Of a DNA stretch of 64,000 nucleotides, positions 18,098-27,995 are shown piece by piece. The notes below the pieces were generated by a model. The model had not been told where the DNA came from. It was given only the letters and a program-made list of their open reading frames with translations, and did not search any database. Every line of letters begins with the position of its first letter. Positions within the stretch are counted from its first letter, which is position 1. The stretch is from assembly GCA_026986905.1 (NCBI GenBank), contig JALSNQ010000006.1:23634-87633 (forward strand), given 5' to 3'. A program made the translations under genes and the position numbers. This DNA comes from Thermofilaceae archaeon. Its GTDB lineage: Archaea > Thermoproteota > Thermoprotei > Thermofilales > Thermofilaceae.

Positions 18098-18580
18098 TCA
18101 GGCTTCTAGCCGCTCGGTGCTGGTATGTCCAAGGGTAGTTCCTAGGGGCCTAGCCTTGGAGCCCCTGTAGACCTTCTCAAGGTGGTCCCTGCTAGCCTTG
18201 AGTTCTAGTCCGTAGGCCGATAGCGTTTCTTGGGCCTCCTCATAGTGCTTTACCAGGAGTCTTAAAAAGCCCTTCACCACCGCCCATACCTGTGCTTGTT
18301 CGCTGAGTTGCTTATTTCCGCTAGGAAGATCCTCGTATCTAAGGCCGAGAAGCTGTTTATGCTCTTTCCTCTATACTTGAGTCACTCCAGGAACTTGTCC
18401 ACCCCCTAGAGGGCGCAGTACTGGGTCTCCGGGTTCCTGTTCTCGGACCTTAGGTGTAGGATGTATAGCTCCAAGAGCTCTCCGTGGAGCTTGGAGAGCT
18501 TCGCCTTTTTTTCTCATCAGCGATCTGCCCACGTTGTGAGAGTCCATGTGAACTGTCTTGAAAACAAGCCTTCCCTTCAC
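18098..18580 (-). pseudogene. unknown gene interrupted by an in-frame TAG
   Basis: ORF 18371-18580 continues in the same frame through TAG (18371-18373) down to the stop at 18098. No family was recognised. Confidence 0.4.
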
Positions 18581-18824
18581 GATGCGCTTTGAGCTCAGCT
18601 TAAAAAGGGGAAGCGCTGACTAACTCTGGGTAGGTCAGCACTCAAGATCTTCTTCATTCCCTGGGGGTCGGTGATAGCCTGGCTCATCACCGTGTATTAG
18701 TGGCGGGCTTGGTTTTATAATGATGGGTGTAGATTGTGGTTTAATTATTTTATATATATGGTTTGAATCTCTAACAAATATGTTTAAATATTCCACATGC
18801 ATAGAGTATTTGCAGGTGAAAGAA

Positions 18825-19526
18825 ATGGCAATGCCACTAATAGGGGACAAGTTCCCCGAGATGGAAGTTGTTACCACGCATGGAAAGATAAAGCTGCCCG
18901 ACGCCTTTGCAGGAAAATGGTTTATTCTATTCAGCCATCCCGCCGACTTTACCCCTGTCTGCACTACGGAGTTTGTGGCTTTTGCCAAGCGCTACGAGGA
19001 CTTCAAGAAGCTTAACACCGAGCTCATAGGCCTTAGCGTCGACAGTACGTGGAGCCACATAAAGTGGACGGAGTGGATAAAGGAGAACCTTGGCGTCGAG
19101 ATACCCTTCCCGATAATAGCTGACCCGAGGGGCTTTGTTGCGGAAAAGCTCGGCCTTCTCCACACGGCGAGTGCGACCCACACCGTGAGGGCGGTCTTTA
19201 TAGTTGACCCCAACGGTGTGATAAGGGCTATACTCTACTACCCGGCGGAGCTCGGCCGCAACATGGACGAGCTGCTGCGTATGGTGAAGGGCTTCCAGGT
19301 AAGCGACAAGTATGGCGTAGCGCTGCCGGCTAACTGGCCGAACAACGAGATAATTGGCGAGAACGTCATTGTGCCTCCTGCATCTACGGTGGAGGAGGCG
19401 GCTGAGAGGCCCAAGAAGTACAAGTGCTTTGACTGGTGGCTCTGCTACAAGTCTGTGCCCGAGGAGGAGGCCGAGGAGGCTAGGAAGTTCCTTGAGCGCG
19501 TGGCGAAGCCTAAGAGCGGCCAGTAA
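18825..19526 (+). CDS. peroxiredoxin (Prx6-like archaeal thioredoxin peroxidase type)
   Basis: [13 protein letters not shown] plus the C-terminal Cys pair CFDWWLC. The start is moved to ATG 18825, which has GGTGA upstream; the upstream 35 codons of the tracked ORF look non-coding and AT-rich (TTTTATATATA). Confidence 0.9.
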   Translation: MAMPLIGDKFPEMEVVTTHGKIKLPDAFAGKWFILFSHPADFTPVCTTEFVAFAKRYEDFKKLNTELIGLSVDSTWSHIKWTEWIKENLGVEIPFPIIADPRGFVAEKLGLLHTASATHTVRAVFIVDPNGVIRAILYYPAELGRNMDELLRMVKGFQVSDKYGVALPANWPNNEIIGENVIVPPASTVEEAAERPKKYKCFDWWLCYKSVPEEEAEEARKFLERVAKPKSGQ

Positions 19527-19568
19527 AAACCCTTTTTATATCAATAATCTTTTTGCTTTAGGAGGAGG

Positions 19569-20876
19569 ATGGAGGAGGCCCGTAGAGGTTTTCTTCGTGT
19601 AGTATCTCGTATAAAGAACTCTGTCCTACTGGATAAGCGCGAGGTAGACGAGGTTATAAGGGAGCTTCAGAGGGCCCTGCTCAGGGCTGACGTTGACGTC
19701 AGACTAGTCTTCGAGGTATCTAAGAAGGTTAGGGAGCGATTCTTCTCGGAAAAGGTTCCGCCGGGCTTTTCTAAACGCGAGGTTCTGCTTAAGATACTCT
19801 ACGAGGAGCTCGTGAAGCTGCTTGGAGGGGAGGAGCCCTACGAGTTCCGTGTGGATAAGAGGCCGAAGGTGGTGATGCTTGTAGGAATACAGGGGGCTGG
19901 CAAAACTACGACTGCCGCGAAGCTCGCCGCCTATTTGGCGAAGAGGGGGTACAGGGTTGGGCTTGTGTGCGCTGACACGTATAGGCCTGCGGCGTACCAG
20001 CAGCTTAAGCAGCTAAGCGAGAAGGTGGGCGCCAGGTTCTACGGTGAACCGGGCTCAGGGGATGCTGTAGGGATAGCTAGGCGGGGGGTAGAGGAGCTTA
20101 GGCGTATGGGCCTCGACGTTATCATAGTCGACACGGCTGGTAGGCACAAGGAGGAGAAGGGCCTGATAGAGGAGATGCGTAAAATTGCGTCGGCGGTGAA
20201 TCCCGACGAGACTATGCTAGTGATAGACTCCACCATCGGTAAGGCGGCCGGGAAGCAGGCAGCGGCGTTCCACGAGGCCGCGCCCATAGGATCAATAATT
20301 TTAACAAAGATGGATGGGAGCGCGAAGGGCGGTGGCGCGCTTTCAGCCGTGGCCGCGACGGGTGCAAGGGTTGCGTTCATAGGTGTTGGTGAGAAGGTCG
20401 ATGACCTGAAGCCATTTGACGCGCGTGAATACGTCTCTAGGCTTCTTGGGATGCCCGATTTAAAGGGCATACTGCAGCGGTTCGAGAAATTCGAGAAGAT
20501 TGAGAGGGAGAGGGCCCGCGCCATAGCCGCGGGAAAGCTTACGCTTCTCGACCTCCGCGATCAGCTGAGAAGGGTCAAGTCGATGGGGCCGCTCTCCTCC
20601 GTCTTGGAGGCCCTGGGCGGTGTCTCTTTGCCTAAGGGCGTGGCGGAGCAGGGGGAGAAAAATATTGAGAAGTGGCTTGTGATAATGGATTCCATGACTA
20701 TGGAGGAGCTGCTGGATCCATCTATAATCGATAAGTCGAGGGTTGAGCGCATTGCGAGGGGCTCCGGGACCAGCCCCAGGGATGTGAGGGAGCTTCTAGC
20801 GGCCTATAAGCGTACGAAGAAGCTCATGAGGCAGCTCTCCAAGTCTAGGCGCAAGTTCGCGGGCCTAGGGTTTTAG
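19569..20876 (+). CDS. srp54: signal recognition particle protein SRP54
   Basis: N domain, G domain (GIQGAGKTTT, DTAGRH) and a Met-rich M domain. Confidence 0.95.
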   Translation: MEEARRGFLRVVSRIKNSVLLDKREVDEVIRELQRALLRADVDVRLVFEVSKKVRERFFSEKVPPGFSKREVLLKILYEELVKLLGGEEPYEFRVDKRPKVVMLVGIQGAGKTTTAAKLAAYLAKRGYRVGLVCADTYRPAAYQQLKQLSEKVGARFYGEPGSGDAVGIARRGVEELRRMGLDVIIVDTAGRHKEEKGLIEEMRKIASAVNPDETMLVIDSTIGKAAGKQAAAFHEAAPIGSIILTKMDGSAKGGGALSAVAATGARVAFIGVGEKVDDLKPFDAREYVSRLLGMPDLKGILQRFEKFEKIERERARAIAAGKLTLLDLRDQLRRVKSMGPLSSVLEALGGVSLPKGVAEQGEKNIEKWLVIMDSMTMEELLDPSIIDKSRVERIARGSGTSPRDVRELLAAYKRTKKLMRQLSKSRRKFAGLGF

Positions 20877-20878
20877 CG

Positions 20879-21385
20879 GTGCAGCGAAGGGTCTTTACGG
20901 CGTGTTTTAGGGGCTTTTACGGCCTCCCCCAGCCGGTATTCTCTAAAATAGTCTCCTCTGCGTTCTTTCTGTCCCATGATATAAGGAGGGACGTGGAGCT
21001 CAACATAGTTTTCTTCGAGGAGGGCGTCGCTGCCCGGTTTATTGGGAGCCGGCTGCGTCATATACATGTCGACGAGGCTTCCCTCAGAGGGGTGTACAGG
21101 AAGCTGAGGCTAGCTGTTGAGAGGGGCGGCGGGAGCCCCCATTGGGGAGTGTATGTGACGCCTCTAAGGAAACTTTCCCGCATGCATGGATACGTGCCTT
21201 CGACTAAAGGGGTTGAGGTTCGCGAGGTTCGTTGCGGTACTACGTGTCTTTTCACCCTTGGATGTCCGTGGGGCGGCGTCGAGGTTAAGGTGTCCGTGAA
21301 GCCGAGGCCCATTGACGCGTACATTGCGCTCGTGAACATACTGCTTGACAGGATAGAAGAAGGCTTACCGCCTCTGCCTCCTTGA
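20879..21385 (+). CDS. SPOUT methyltransferase, TrmY-like (tRNA pseudouridine54 N1-methyltransferase family, DUF358)
   Basis: SAFFLSHDIRRDVEL matches the AFFLSHDIRRDV block that I recall from Methanocaldococcus TrmY. 168 aa, which is shorter than that protein. Confidence 0.55.
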   Translation: MQRRVFTACFRGFYGLPQPVFSKIVSSAFFLSHDIRRDVELNIVFFEEGVAARFIGSRLRHIHVDEASLRGVYRKLRLAVERGGGSPHWGVYVTPLRKLSRMHGYVPSTKGVEVREVRCGTTCLFTLGCPWGGVEVKVSVKPRPIDAYIALVNILLDRIEEGLPPLPP

Positions 21386-21387
21386 TG

Positions 21388-22245
21388 CTATAGTGAGAGC
21401 GCAGCTGCTAGGAGGAAAGGCGTTACTAGTGTGAGCGCCACGCCGTTTGATACTGAGGGTATCGCTGCCTCTTCCCCATAGACCGCGACATATATGGGAA
21501 GCGTGTTGTCCATTGTTGTCGCGCCGCCCAGGGCCAGTAGTCCTATAAACGGTCGCCTCAGAAGAGGCACAAGTAGGAACACGAGTTGCTCTCTGAGGAG
21601 GTTGACTATAAAGATTGAGAGGCCCTCCTCTACCCCTATATGGGAAGCGGCGAAGGGCCCGGAGAAGCTATACCACCCCATCCCCCAGGTGTATAGCAGG
21701 GATACCCTAAGCGGCGTTCCTATTATAACGGAGGCGGAAGCGGCGGCCAGCGCACCAGCGGCCAACGCGATGACACAGCTTTTTACCGTCACAGCAAGGC
21801 TTTTCCTAAAAACGTCGATCTCCACCCTCCTTGCAGTATCGAGGCCGGCTAAAGAGATAAGCGCCAAAACTTCCCCATCAATGAGTCTGCCAAGGGGCAC
21901 TGTACTCGGCGCCTTGAGAACGCTGCCTGTGAGAAATCCTGATACAACCACCAACCAAATTCTCCACGGTACTGGCGCCTCACCTCCTCCTCTCCATTCT
22001 TTCTCTCTTCCTTCCGCTGCAAGACCCAGCGCGACCGTGTAGAGGGTTGTTAGTGCGAGGTAGAGGAGTGCTTTGCCCAATAGTGATGCGGCGGCGCGTC
22101 CCGCTATAACGCTGGCGCCCCAGAAACCCACCGTGAAGACTACGAGGTAAACTGACGCTGAAAGCGCAGGCTCTATGTTTAACCTGATCCTGCGGCCCAG
22201 GGCAAGCGTCGCCGCAAATACAGCTATATATAGTAGCGGGGTCAT
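21388..22245 (-). CDS. integral membrane protein (unknown; DUF340/LysO-like topology possible)
   Basis: The start is trimmed to ATG 22245 because the first 27 tracked codons overlap tRNA-Gln. Confidence 0.5.
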   Translation of the reverse strand: MTPLLYIAVFAATLALGRRIRLNIEPALSASVYLVVFTVGFWGASVIAGRAAASLLGKALLYLALTTLYTVALGLAAEGREKEWRGGGEAPVPWRIWLVVVSGFLTGSVLKAPSTVPLGRLIDGEVLALISLAGLDTARRVEIDVFRKSLAVTVKSCVIALAAGALAAASASVIIGTPLRVSLLYTWGMGWYSFSGPFAASHIGVEEGLSIFIVNLLREQLVFLLVPLLRRPFIGLLALGGATTMDNTLPIYVAVYGEEAAIPSVSNGVALTLVTPFLLAAALSL

Positions 22246-22284
22246 CCCGGTAACCCTACTTGAGCCGTAAGGGGTTATGAAAAA

Positions 22285-22360
22285 TGGTAGCCCGGGGGGG
22301 ATTCGAACCCCCGCCACGGGGGCCAAAGCCCCGTATGCTTGGCCACTACACCACCGGGCT
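22285..22360 (-). tRNA. tRNA-Gln(UUG), intron-free, CCA encoded
   Basis: AGCCCGG UG GUGU..GCAU A CGGGG CUUUGGC CCCCG UGGCG GGGGG UUCGAAU CCCCC CCGGGCU A CCA. All stems are Watson-Crick or G-U paired. Confidence 0.9.
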
Positions 22361-22382
22361 CCATTAGTATATGCCGCCCCGG

Positions 22383-23408
22383 CTAGATATTTTTCTCCCC
22401 TATCTCCTCCTCCGTGAGCTTGAGGCCCCTATAAGTTGCCTCCTTTTCCACAAGGCGCCCCCTACTTATGCCCGAAGCTATGTGTGCCCTGCCCTCGGGG
22501 TATATTCCTTTAAAGAGGCCCCTCTCTACACCCGTAAGCTCGAGCAGCGTACCGTCGTCCGTGACCATATGATGCGGCAGGGCGGACACCTGGCCGCGCC
22601 TATAATGCCTGAGCCCTGTCTGGTAATAGTCCTTAAAACTCGCCGGGCAGAAGTGGACGGTTATCGGCACACCCGTCTCCGCGGCCCAGCCCAGCACGTC
22701 TAACGCGGTCTCTCTGCTTCCCTCAGCAGTTCTATAATCTTCGGCTAGTCTGAACCCGGCCCTCCGTAGGGCAGCAGAGTTCGTCTCCGTGAACTCGAGC
22801 TCGTTGAGGTTTATGAAGGAGGCACCCATTTCCGCGGCAAGCGATATGATCTTTTTCAGGGTCTCACCGCCATTCGGCAGCACGGGGTATTCGAGCCCCA
22901 CGTCGACTTCACCCTCATACCTTAGGGCGATGCGGAGCTTCTCGGGTAGTAGGCTCAGCGGGGTATGTAGCCTAATCTCGTCTAGTCCTGCTCTCGCTAG
23001 AAGCCTCATCTTTTGTTCATCTAAGGTGAGCGCAGAGGTGTACAAGTGGATATGGAAATCGTCTCCAAAAGACTCCTTCAGCGTCCTTATAATCCACACG
23101 GTTCTATCCATCTTCTCTAGTGGATCCCCGCCTGTGATGCCGGCACCTAGGGACGCTGAAGTATACACCTCGTTCAATACAGCTGCTCTCAGGGCTTTAC
23201 GGGGCAAGTCTACGTCTATCTTTCTCTCATTTACGTAGAACACGTCACGGCTTCGGCGGGCCTTGGAGAGGGGACAGTAGAAGCATCGAGCTGGGCAAAG
23301 CCCCGTTAAAAAAACAACGCTCTTCAACCCCCGCTGGCATAGCTCGCAGCCGCGGGGGAGCCGCCCATACACGATGTTCCCGGTGGGGAGTACGCGTGCC
23401 CCGCCCAT
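22383..23408 (-). CDS. radical SAM protein (activase-like)
   Basis: CPARCFYC (CxxxCxxC) near the N-terminus. Confidence 0.75.
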   Translation of the reverse strand: MGGARVLPTGNIVYGRLPRGCELCQRGLKSVVFLTGLCPARCFYCPLSKARRSRDVFYVNERKIDVDLPRKALRAAVLNEVYTSASLGAGITGGDPLEKMDRTVWIIRTLKESFGDDFHIHLYTSALTLDEQKMRLLARAGLDEIRLHTPLSLLPEKLRIALRYEGEVDVGLEYPVLPNGGETLKKIISLAAEMGASFINLNELEFTETNSAALRRAGFRLAEDYRTAEGSRETALDVLGWAAETGVPITVHFCPASFKDYYQTGLRHYRRGQVSALPHHMVTDDGTLLELTGVERGLFKGIYPEGRAHIASGISRGRLVEKEATYRGLKLTEEEIGEKNI

Positions 23409-23409
23409 C

Positions 23410-23682
23410 CTACTCCTCGTCCTTTAATTGTTCCAGCTGCGTTATTACCTGCCATATCCTGGTGCGCGCGTAGAGCGGGGCGTTTGGATCCATTGAGACC
23501 TCGTCCAGCTTGGATATCACGTTGGCGGCGCGCAGTCCAAGGGACATTTTATTATCTAGGAGTATCTCGATGGACTCTGCGGCGACCCGCCTAATGTTGC
23601 GGGGCACGCCGCGGTCCTCAGCGATCTGGCGTAGCAGTTCTATAGCGTTTTTAAGCTGCTGTGGCTGTTCCATATATATCAC
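23410..23682 (-). CDS. UPF0147-family small protein
   Basis: 90 aa, helical. DRGVPRNIRRVAAESIEIL is typical of archaeal UPF0147. Confidence 0.6.
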   Translation of the reverse strand: MIYMEQPQQLKNAIELLRQIAEDRGVPRNIRRVAAESIEILLDNKMSLGLRAANVISKLDEVSMDPNAPLYARTRIWQVITQLEQLKDEE

Positions 23683-23822
23683 CTCTTCCCGGGCGATAGG
23701 CCTTTTAACCTAACATTGTTTTCTCCTAAAAACTTAGCGTGGCCTAGCTATCGGGTAAGGGTTGCCTGCATTTTATAGGTGGATCGTGGCCAAGCGATAA
23801 ATACTGAGGCGCATAGTGTGGG

Positions 23823-25109
23823 ATGGTGCCTGACGTGGGGGACGCCGTCAAGGCCGTTGAAGGCTGGGTAAACAATTCAAAGGTTCTCGGCAGGATAGCC
23901 TTCCTCGAGGTAATCGACGACCTCAGCTTGGGCGTTTTAACTGTAGTTGTCAAGAGAAGCGAGGTTGGGCCAGAGACCTGGGAGCTTGTGAAGAAGATAA
24001 AGATAGGCTCCGCGGTGCGCGTCGAAGGCGTAGAACCGCCAGAGGTTGTTAGCCGTAAGGGCCGCGAACTTCATGCCCTCAGGGTCGAGGTTCTGGCAGA
24101 GCCCGAGGAGCCTCTGCCGGTAGACGTTACGGGAAAGACGCCGGCCGGCCTCGAGACTAGGCTGGAGTACCGCTATGTTTCGCTCCGGCTCCCGGCTTAT
24201 AGGGCGATATTCGTGGCTAGGGCTAGGCTCGCCAGGTATACTAGGGAGTACTTCGAGGAGAAGGGTTTCCTGGAGGTCCACACCCCCAAACTCGTGGGGG
24301 CCGGCGCTGAGGGGGGTGCGACGCTCTTCCGTGTAGACTACTTCGGCGGTACCGCGTATCTTTCCCAGAGCCCCCAGCTATACAAGCAGATGCTTATGTG
24401 CGGTGTGCCTAGGGTGTTCGAGATAACGCCCTACTTTAGGGCAGAGAAGTTCGACACACCCCGCCACTTAAACGAGAGCTGGGGTGTCGATGCCGAGATG
24501 GGGTTTATACGGAGCCACCACGACGTGATGGACATCCTTGAAGGGTACGTCCGGCATGTTTCTCAGAGGCTTGACGAGGAGATGGGCGATGAGCTGAGGA
24601 GGCTCGGGTTCCGCCCTCTAGGCAAGCTGGGTAATATACCCCGGGTGACGTACAGGGAGGCTATAGGCATAGTTGAGGAGCGGGGCCATCGTGTAGAGGG
24701 GGAGGGGGGCGATCTCGATACTAGGGCTGAGAGAATTCTAGGGGAATACATGGCGGAGCAGGGCTACGACGCCTACTTTATAGTGGACTATCCGTGGGAG
24801 GCGAAGCCCTTCTACATCATGAGGGAGGAGAATGGGCTAAGCAGGTCTTTTGACTTGGATATACGTGGGACCGAAATCGCGTCGGGCGGTCAACGGGAAC
24901 ATAGGAGGAGTGTTCTATACTCCAACCTTGTAGAGAAGGGCTTGGATCCCTCGAGCTTCAAATTCTACCTTGAGGCGTTCAAGTACGGCATGCCTCCGCA
25001 CGGCGGCTTCGGCCTAGGCTTCGACAGGCTTCTCATGAAGCTTCTCGGCCTGGATAATATAAGAGAGGTTGTGCTGTTCCCCCGTGACAGGTTCCACCTT
25101 GTCCCATAG
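23823..25109 (+). CDS. aspS: aspartyl-tRNA synthetase (archaeal type)
   Basis: OB anticodon-binding domain and class II motifs (FRAE, GGFGLGFDRL). Confidence 0.9.
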   Translation: MVPDVGDAVKAVEGWVNNSKVLGRIAFLEVIDDLSLGVLTVVVKRSEVGPETWELVKKIKIGSAVRVEGVEPPEVVSRKGRELHALRVEVLAEPEEPLPVDVTGKTPAGLETRLEYRYVSLRLPAYRAIFVARARLARYTREYFEEKGFLEVHTPKLVGAGAEGGATLFRVDYFGGTAYLSQSPQLYKQMLMCGVPRVFEITPYFRAEKFDTPRHLNESWGVDAEMGFIRSHHDVMDILEGYVRHVSQRLDEEMGDELRRLGFRPLGKLGNIPRVTYREAIGIVEERGHRVEGEGGDLDTRAERILGEYMAEQGYDAYFIVDYPWEAKPFYIMREENGLSRSFDLDIRGTEIASGGQREHRRSVLYSNLVEKGLDPSSFKFYLEAFKYGMPPHGGFGLGFDRLLMKLLGLDNIREVVLFPRDRFHLVP

Positions 25110-25118
25110 GTGTAGAGC

Positions 25119-25433
25119 TTGGACCTCGAGAAGCAGGCTAGGAGAGCCGTGGATGGCGGACGTGTAGTAAAGGTGATTTTCAGGGGAGGAGAGTTTTTCC
25201 TCGTGGAGAGCCGTGATAGGAAGAAGTCCTACCTCGTCTACCCGGGGCTATACTGTAGCTGCCCCGACTTCCTGTTTAGCGTGCATATAAGGCATGCTAG
25301 GCCCGCATGCTACCATATGCGCGCGGTGGAGATAGCCCTTAAGGAGGGAAAATACAGGACGTGGAGGGTGGACGAGGCGGAGAGCTCTTGGGAAAAGCTC
25401 TTTCGTAAAATAGTTAGCGGTATATTCTTGTAG
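25119..25433 (+). CDS. SWIM zinc-finger protein
   Basis: The CSCPDF...CYHMRAV (CxC..CxH) SWIM signature. Confidence 0.6.
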   Translation: MDLEKQARRAVDGGRVVKVIFRGGEFFLVESRDRKKSYLVYPGLYCSCPDFLFSVHIRHARPACYHMRAVEIALKEGKYRTWRVDEAESSWEKLFRKIVSGIFL

Positions 25434-25506
25434 CCGCTCATCGGCCGGAAAGGCTATGTGTAAATTTCGGAGTTTAGGAACAGTTGATACTACACTCTAA
25501 GAGGTC

Positions 25507-26883
25507 GTGTTGATGAGTGAGGAGGGCAGCGAGTACAAGAGGCTCGTCGAGGAGATAGCCCGCGTAAAGGGGCTCAGCGTGGCTGAAGTAGAGGAGATGG
25601 TTGAGAAAAAAATCAGGGAATTCGAGGGTCTCATAAAGAAAGACGCGGCGGCCCTAATGCTTGCCCGAAGCCTGGGTGTTGAAGCCGAGACAGCCCACGC
25701 GGACGTTGTGGGCAGCCTGAAGCTCGCCGACCTCGTACCGGGCTTCTTCGGAATCGAGGTTGAGGGCGTGGTCATCGAGAGGGGGGAACCTAGGGAGAGT
25801 AGGAGGGGTGACCTGTTTGCGAGGCTTATAATAGCGGATGAGACGGCGGCAGTCCCCCTTGTGGCCTGGGGGCCCCATGCCGCTAAGCTACGCGGCGTTT
25901 CCCTCGGCGATAAGGCGGTTTTTCGGAACGTCTCCGTGAGGCGTCGAGGAAACGGCGTTGAAGTTGTTTTCTCTGAGAGGAGTAGCGTAGAGGTTGAAGG
26001 AAGCGTTGAGCCGGGAACCCTATGGCGTCTCTCGAGGGAGTATGAGGCCAGGACGCTCGTTCTGGAATGCGGCGCCGCGTCCTGTAGTGCAAGGGCGTGC
26101 TGCCTGTACGGGTTTACGCCAGATGGGACGCCTGCCAGCCTCATGGTTCCAGGCGAGCTGGGGGAGGCTGATTATACGAGGCGGGTTATCGCCGCGTCCA
26201 GGGTTTCTCTAAGGGGGACGTCCCCCATCTCTGCTAGGCTTTACAGGGGAGGCGTGATAGATGTGGTGGCTGGCGGCCAGGCTTCTAGGGAAATGGGAGA
26301 TGTGAGAGGAGAGTTCTCTCTCTCAGGGGTCTTGGCGGGATACATTGTTTTTAGAGCGAAGGGGGGTAGACTGTTCATAGTTGGAGGTGAGACGCCCGCC
26401 GCTATAGCCGTCTTCGACGATGAGGAGTTCTTGGAGGCGGCCAGGAGCCTTGGCCGCGAAGTAGAAGTGTGGGGGTTTAGGAAGAGTACGCGGGGATTGG
26501 TGGCGAATGATTGTTTCAAGCTAAATGTGCTGGGCCCGGCGGCCGTCCGCTATAGTGAGGGCCGCCTCGTTGAGGGGGGATGGATACGTGCCTCTGCCTC
26601 TCTATTGGACATGTCCGTCTATACTAGGTGTATGGGTAACGAGGTCTTGGTTACGCTCCGCATGCTCATAGATGACGGGGTGGGAAGGGTTAGGGCCTTC
26701 ACCTCGGGGGTTGAAGCGCTAGGAAGGCTCCTCGGGCTGGACCCCGAGGATGTGTGCGGGGAGGGTGCTGAGAGCATAGTAGAGTTCGCGGTGGAGGAGG
26801 CCCGTGGAGCGGACTATGTGTTTTCAGGATTTAACGATGTTGAGAGGAAGGTTATGTACGTCTTAGAGGTTGAGGGAGATTAG
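25507..26883 (+). CDS. RPA-like OB-fold single-stranded DNA-binding protein
   Basis: The N-terminal helical module (SVAEVEEMVEKKIREFEGLIKKDAAALMLARSLGV) is followed by an OB fold (GDLFARLIIADETAAVPLVAWG) as in euryarchaeal RPA. The downstream domains are unclear. Confidence 0.5.
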   Translation: MLMSEEGSEYKRLVEEIARVKGLSVAEVEEMVEKKIREFEGLIKKDAAALMLARSLGVEAETAHADVVGSLKLADLVPGFFGIEVEGVVIERGEPRESRRGDLFARLIIADETAAVPLVAWGPHAAKLRGVSLGDKAVFRNVSVRRRGNGVEVVFSERSSVEVEGSVEPGTLWRLSREYEARTLVLECGAASCSARACCLYGFTPDGTPASLMVPGELGEADYTRRVIAASRVSLRGTSPISARLYRGGVIDVVAGGQASREMGDVRGEFSLSGVLAGYIVFRAKGGRLFIVGGETPAAIAVFDDEEFLEAARSLGREVEVWGFRKSTRGLVANDCFKLNVLGPAAVRYSEGRLVEGGWIRASASLLDMSVYTRCMGNEVLVTLRMLIDDGVGRVRAFTSGVEALGRLLGLDPEDVCGEGAESIVEFAVEEARGADYVFSGFNDVERKVMYVLEVEGD

Positions 26884-26920
26884 TTTTTCTAGCAGCTAGG
26901 GCTATGTGTGGTGAGGCGTT

Positions 26921-27238
26921 ATGGGTAGGAGGAGGCGTAGGCGTAAGATACGTTTAAAGCCTAGGCGTAGTTTGCCTAAAATATTTCAATGCCCGCGTTG
27001 CGGCGAGACGTCTGTTAGCGTGATGATAGACAGGCGGAAAGGCGTGGCCAGGGTTGTCTGCTCTAACTGTGGACTGGAGGCGGAGTTTGAATATAACCCC
27101 TATTTGGCGGAGGTCGACTACTATAGTCGTTTCCTCGATGCGTACGAGGAGGGTAAAATAGGTGTAGAGGAAGAGGAGGAATCCAGGGAAGGCGAAGAGT
27201 CCGAGGGCGAGTATTATGGAGGGGAAGAAGTGGAGTAG
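26921..27238 (+). CDS. elf1: transcription elongation factor Elf1 homologue
   Basis: Basic N-terminus, zinc ribbon CPRCG...CSNCG, acidic tail. Confidence 0.7.
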   Translation: MGRRRRRRKIRLKPRRSLPKIFQCPRCGETSVSVMIDRRKGVARVVCSNCGLEAEFEYNPYLAEVDYYSRFLDAYEEGKIGVEEEEESREGEESEGEYYGGEEVE

Positions 27239-27995
27239 TGTACGGGACTACATACTTGAGGGTATAAAGAAGCATGGAGCGCTCCACATGACGCTAATAG
27301 ACCCGGATAAAACCGGGCCTGAAGAGGCGGCGGAGATAGGCAAGGCCGCCCATAGGGCCGGCACATCGGCCATAATGGTGGGCGGCAGCATCGGCGTGTC
27401 CGAGAGCATGACGGACGACATAGTGTTGTCTATTAAAAGGGAAGTCGATATACCGGTTATACTGTTCCCAGGTTCTCCAACCGCGCTTAGCAGGCACGCA
27501 GACGCTGTATGGTTTATCTCCGTGTTGAATTCCCAGAACCCATACTTCATTACTGGGGCTCAGATGCAGGGCGCCTTTATTGTAAAGAAGTATGGGCTTG
27601 AGGTACTATCACTCGGGTACATAATAGTCGGCGTCGGCGGGGCGGTATCCATTGTCAGCTATACCAGGCCCCTTCCATTCAACAAGCCCGAGATAGTTGC
27701 TGCCTACGCGCTGGCCGCAGAGTACATAGGCTTCAGCTTTATATACCTGGAAGGCGGCTCCGGCGGGAAGCCTGTGCCCGCCGAGACGGTGGCCCTCGTG
27801 AGGAAGGCCGTGAAAGTGCCTCTAGTAGTGGGAGGAGGAATACGTGACGCGAAGACCGCCTATAAACTGGTGAAAGCTGGGGCCGACATCATAGTCACCG
27901 GTACAATAGTTGAGGAGGCGGACGACGTAGAGGAAAAACTCAGGGAAATAGTTGACGGTGTGAGAAGGGGCGCCGAGGATAGGCTAAGGCGTTAA
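27216..27995 (+). CDS. geranylgeranylglyceryl phosphate synthase (PcrB family)
   Basis: TIM-barrel PcrB/GGGPS pattern (HMTLIDPDK, YLEGGSG, VVGGGIR). Confidence 0.85.
   Translation: MEGKKWSSVRDYILEGIKKHGALHMTLIDPDKTGPEEAAEIGKAAHRAGTSAIMVGGSIGVSESMTDDIVLSIKREVDIPVILFPGSPTALSRHADAVWFISVLNSQNPYFITGAQMQGAFIVKKYGLEVLSLGYIIVGVGGAVSIVSYTRPLPFNKPEIVAAYALAAEYIGFSFIYLEGGSGGKPVPAETVALVRKAVKVPLVVGGGIRDAKTAYKLVKAGADIIVTGTIVEEADDVEEKLREIVDGVRRGAEDRLRR

Noticed and set aside
17831-18373. The two in-frame TAG codons as programmed recoding (pyrrolysine or read-through).
   Set aside because: No pyl genes or recoding signals are seen. The PIN gene also carries a catalytic Asp-to-Val change, and the neighbourhood is visibly decayed. 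Pseudogenes are the simpler reading.
22246-22326. The first 27 codons of ORF 21388-22326.
   Set aside because: They overlap tRNA-Gln on the same strand. An internal ATG at 22245 gives a sensible membrane-protein N-terminus.
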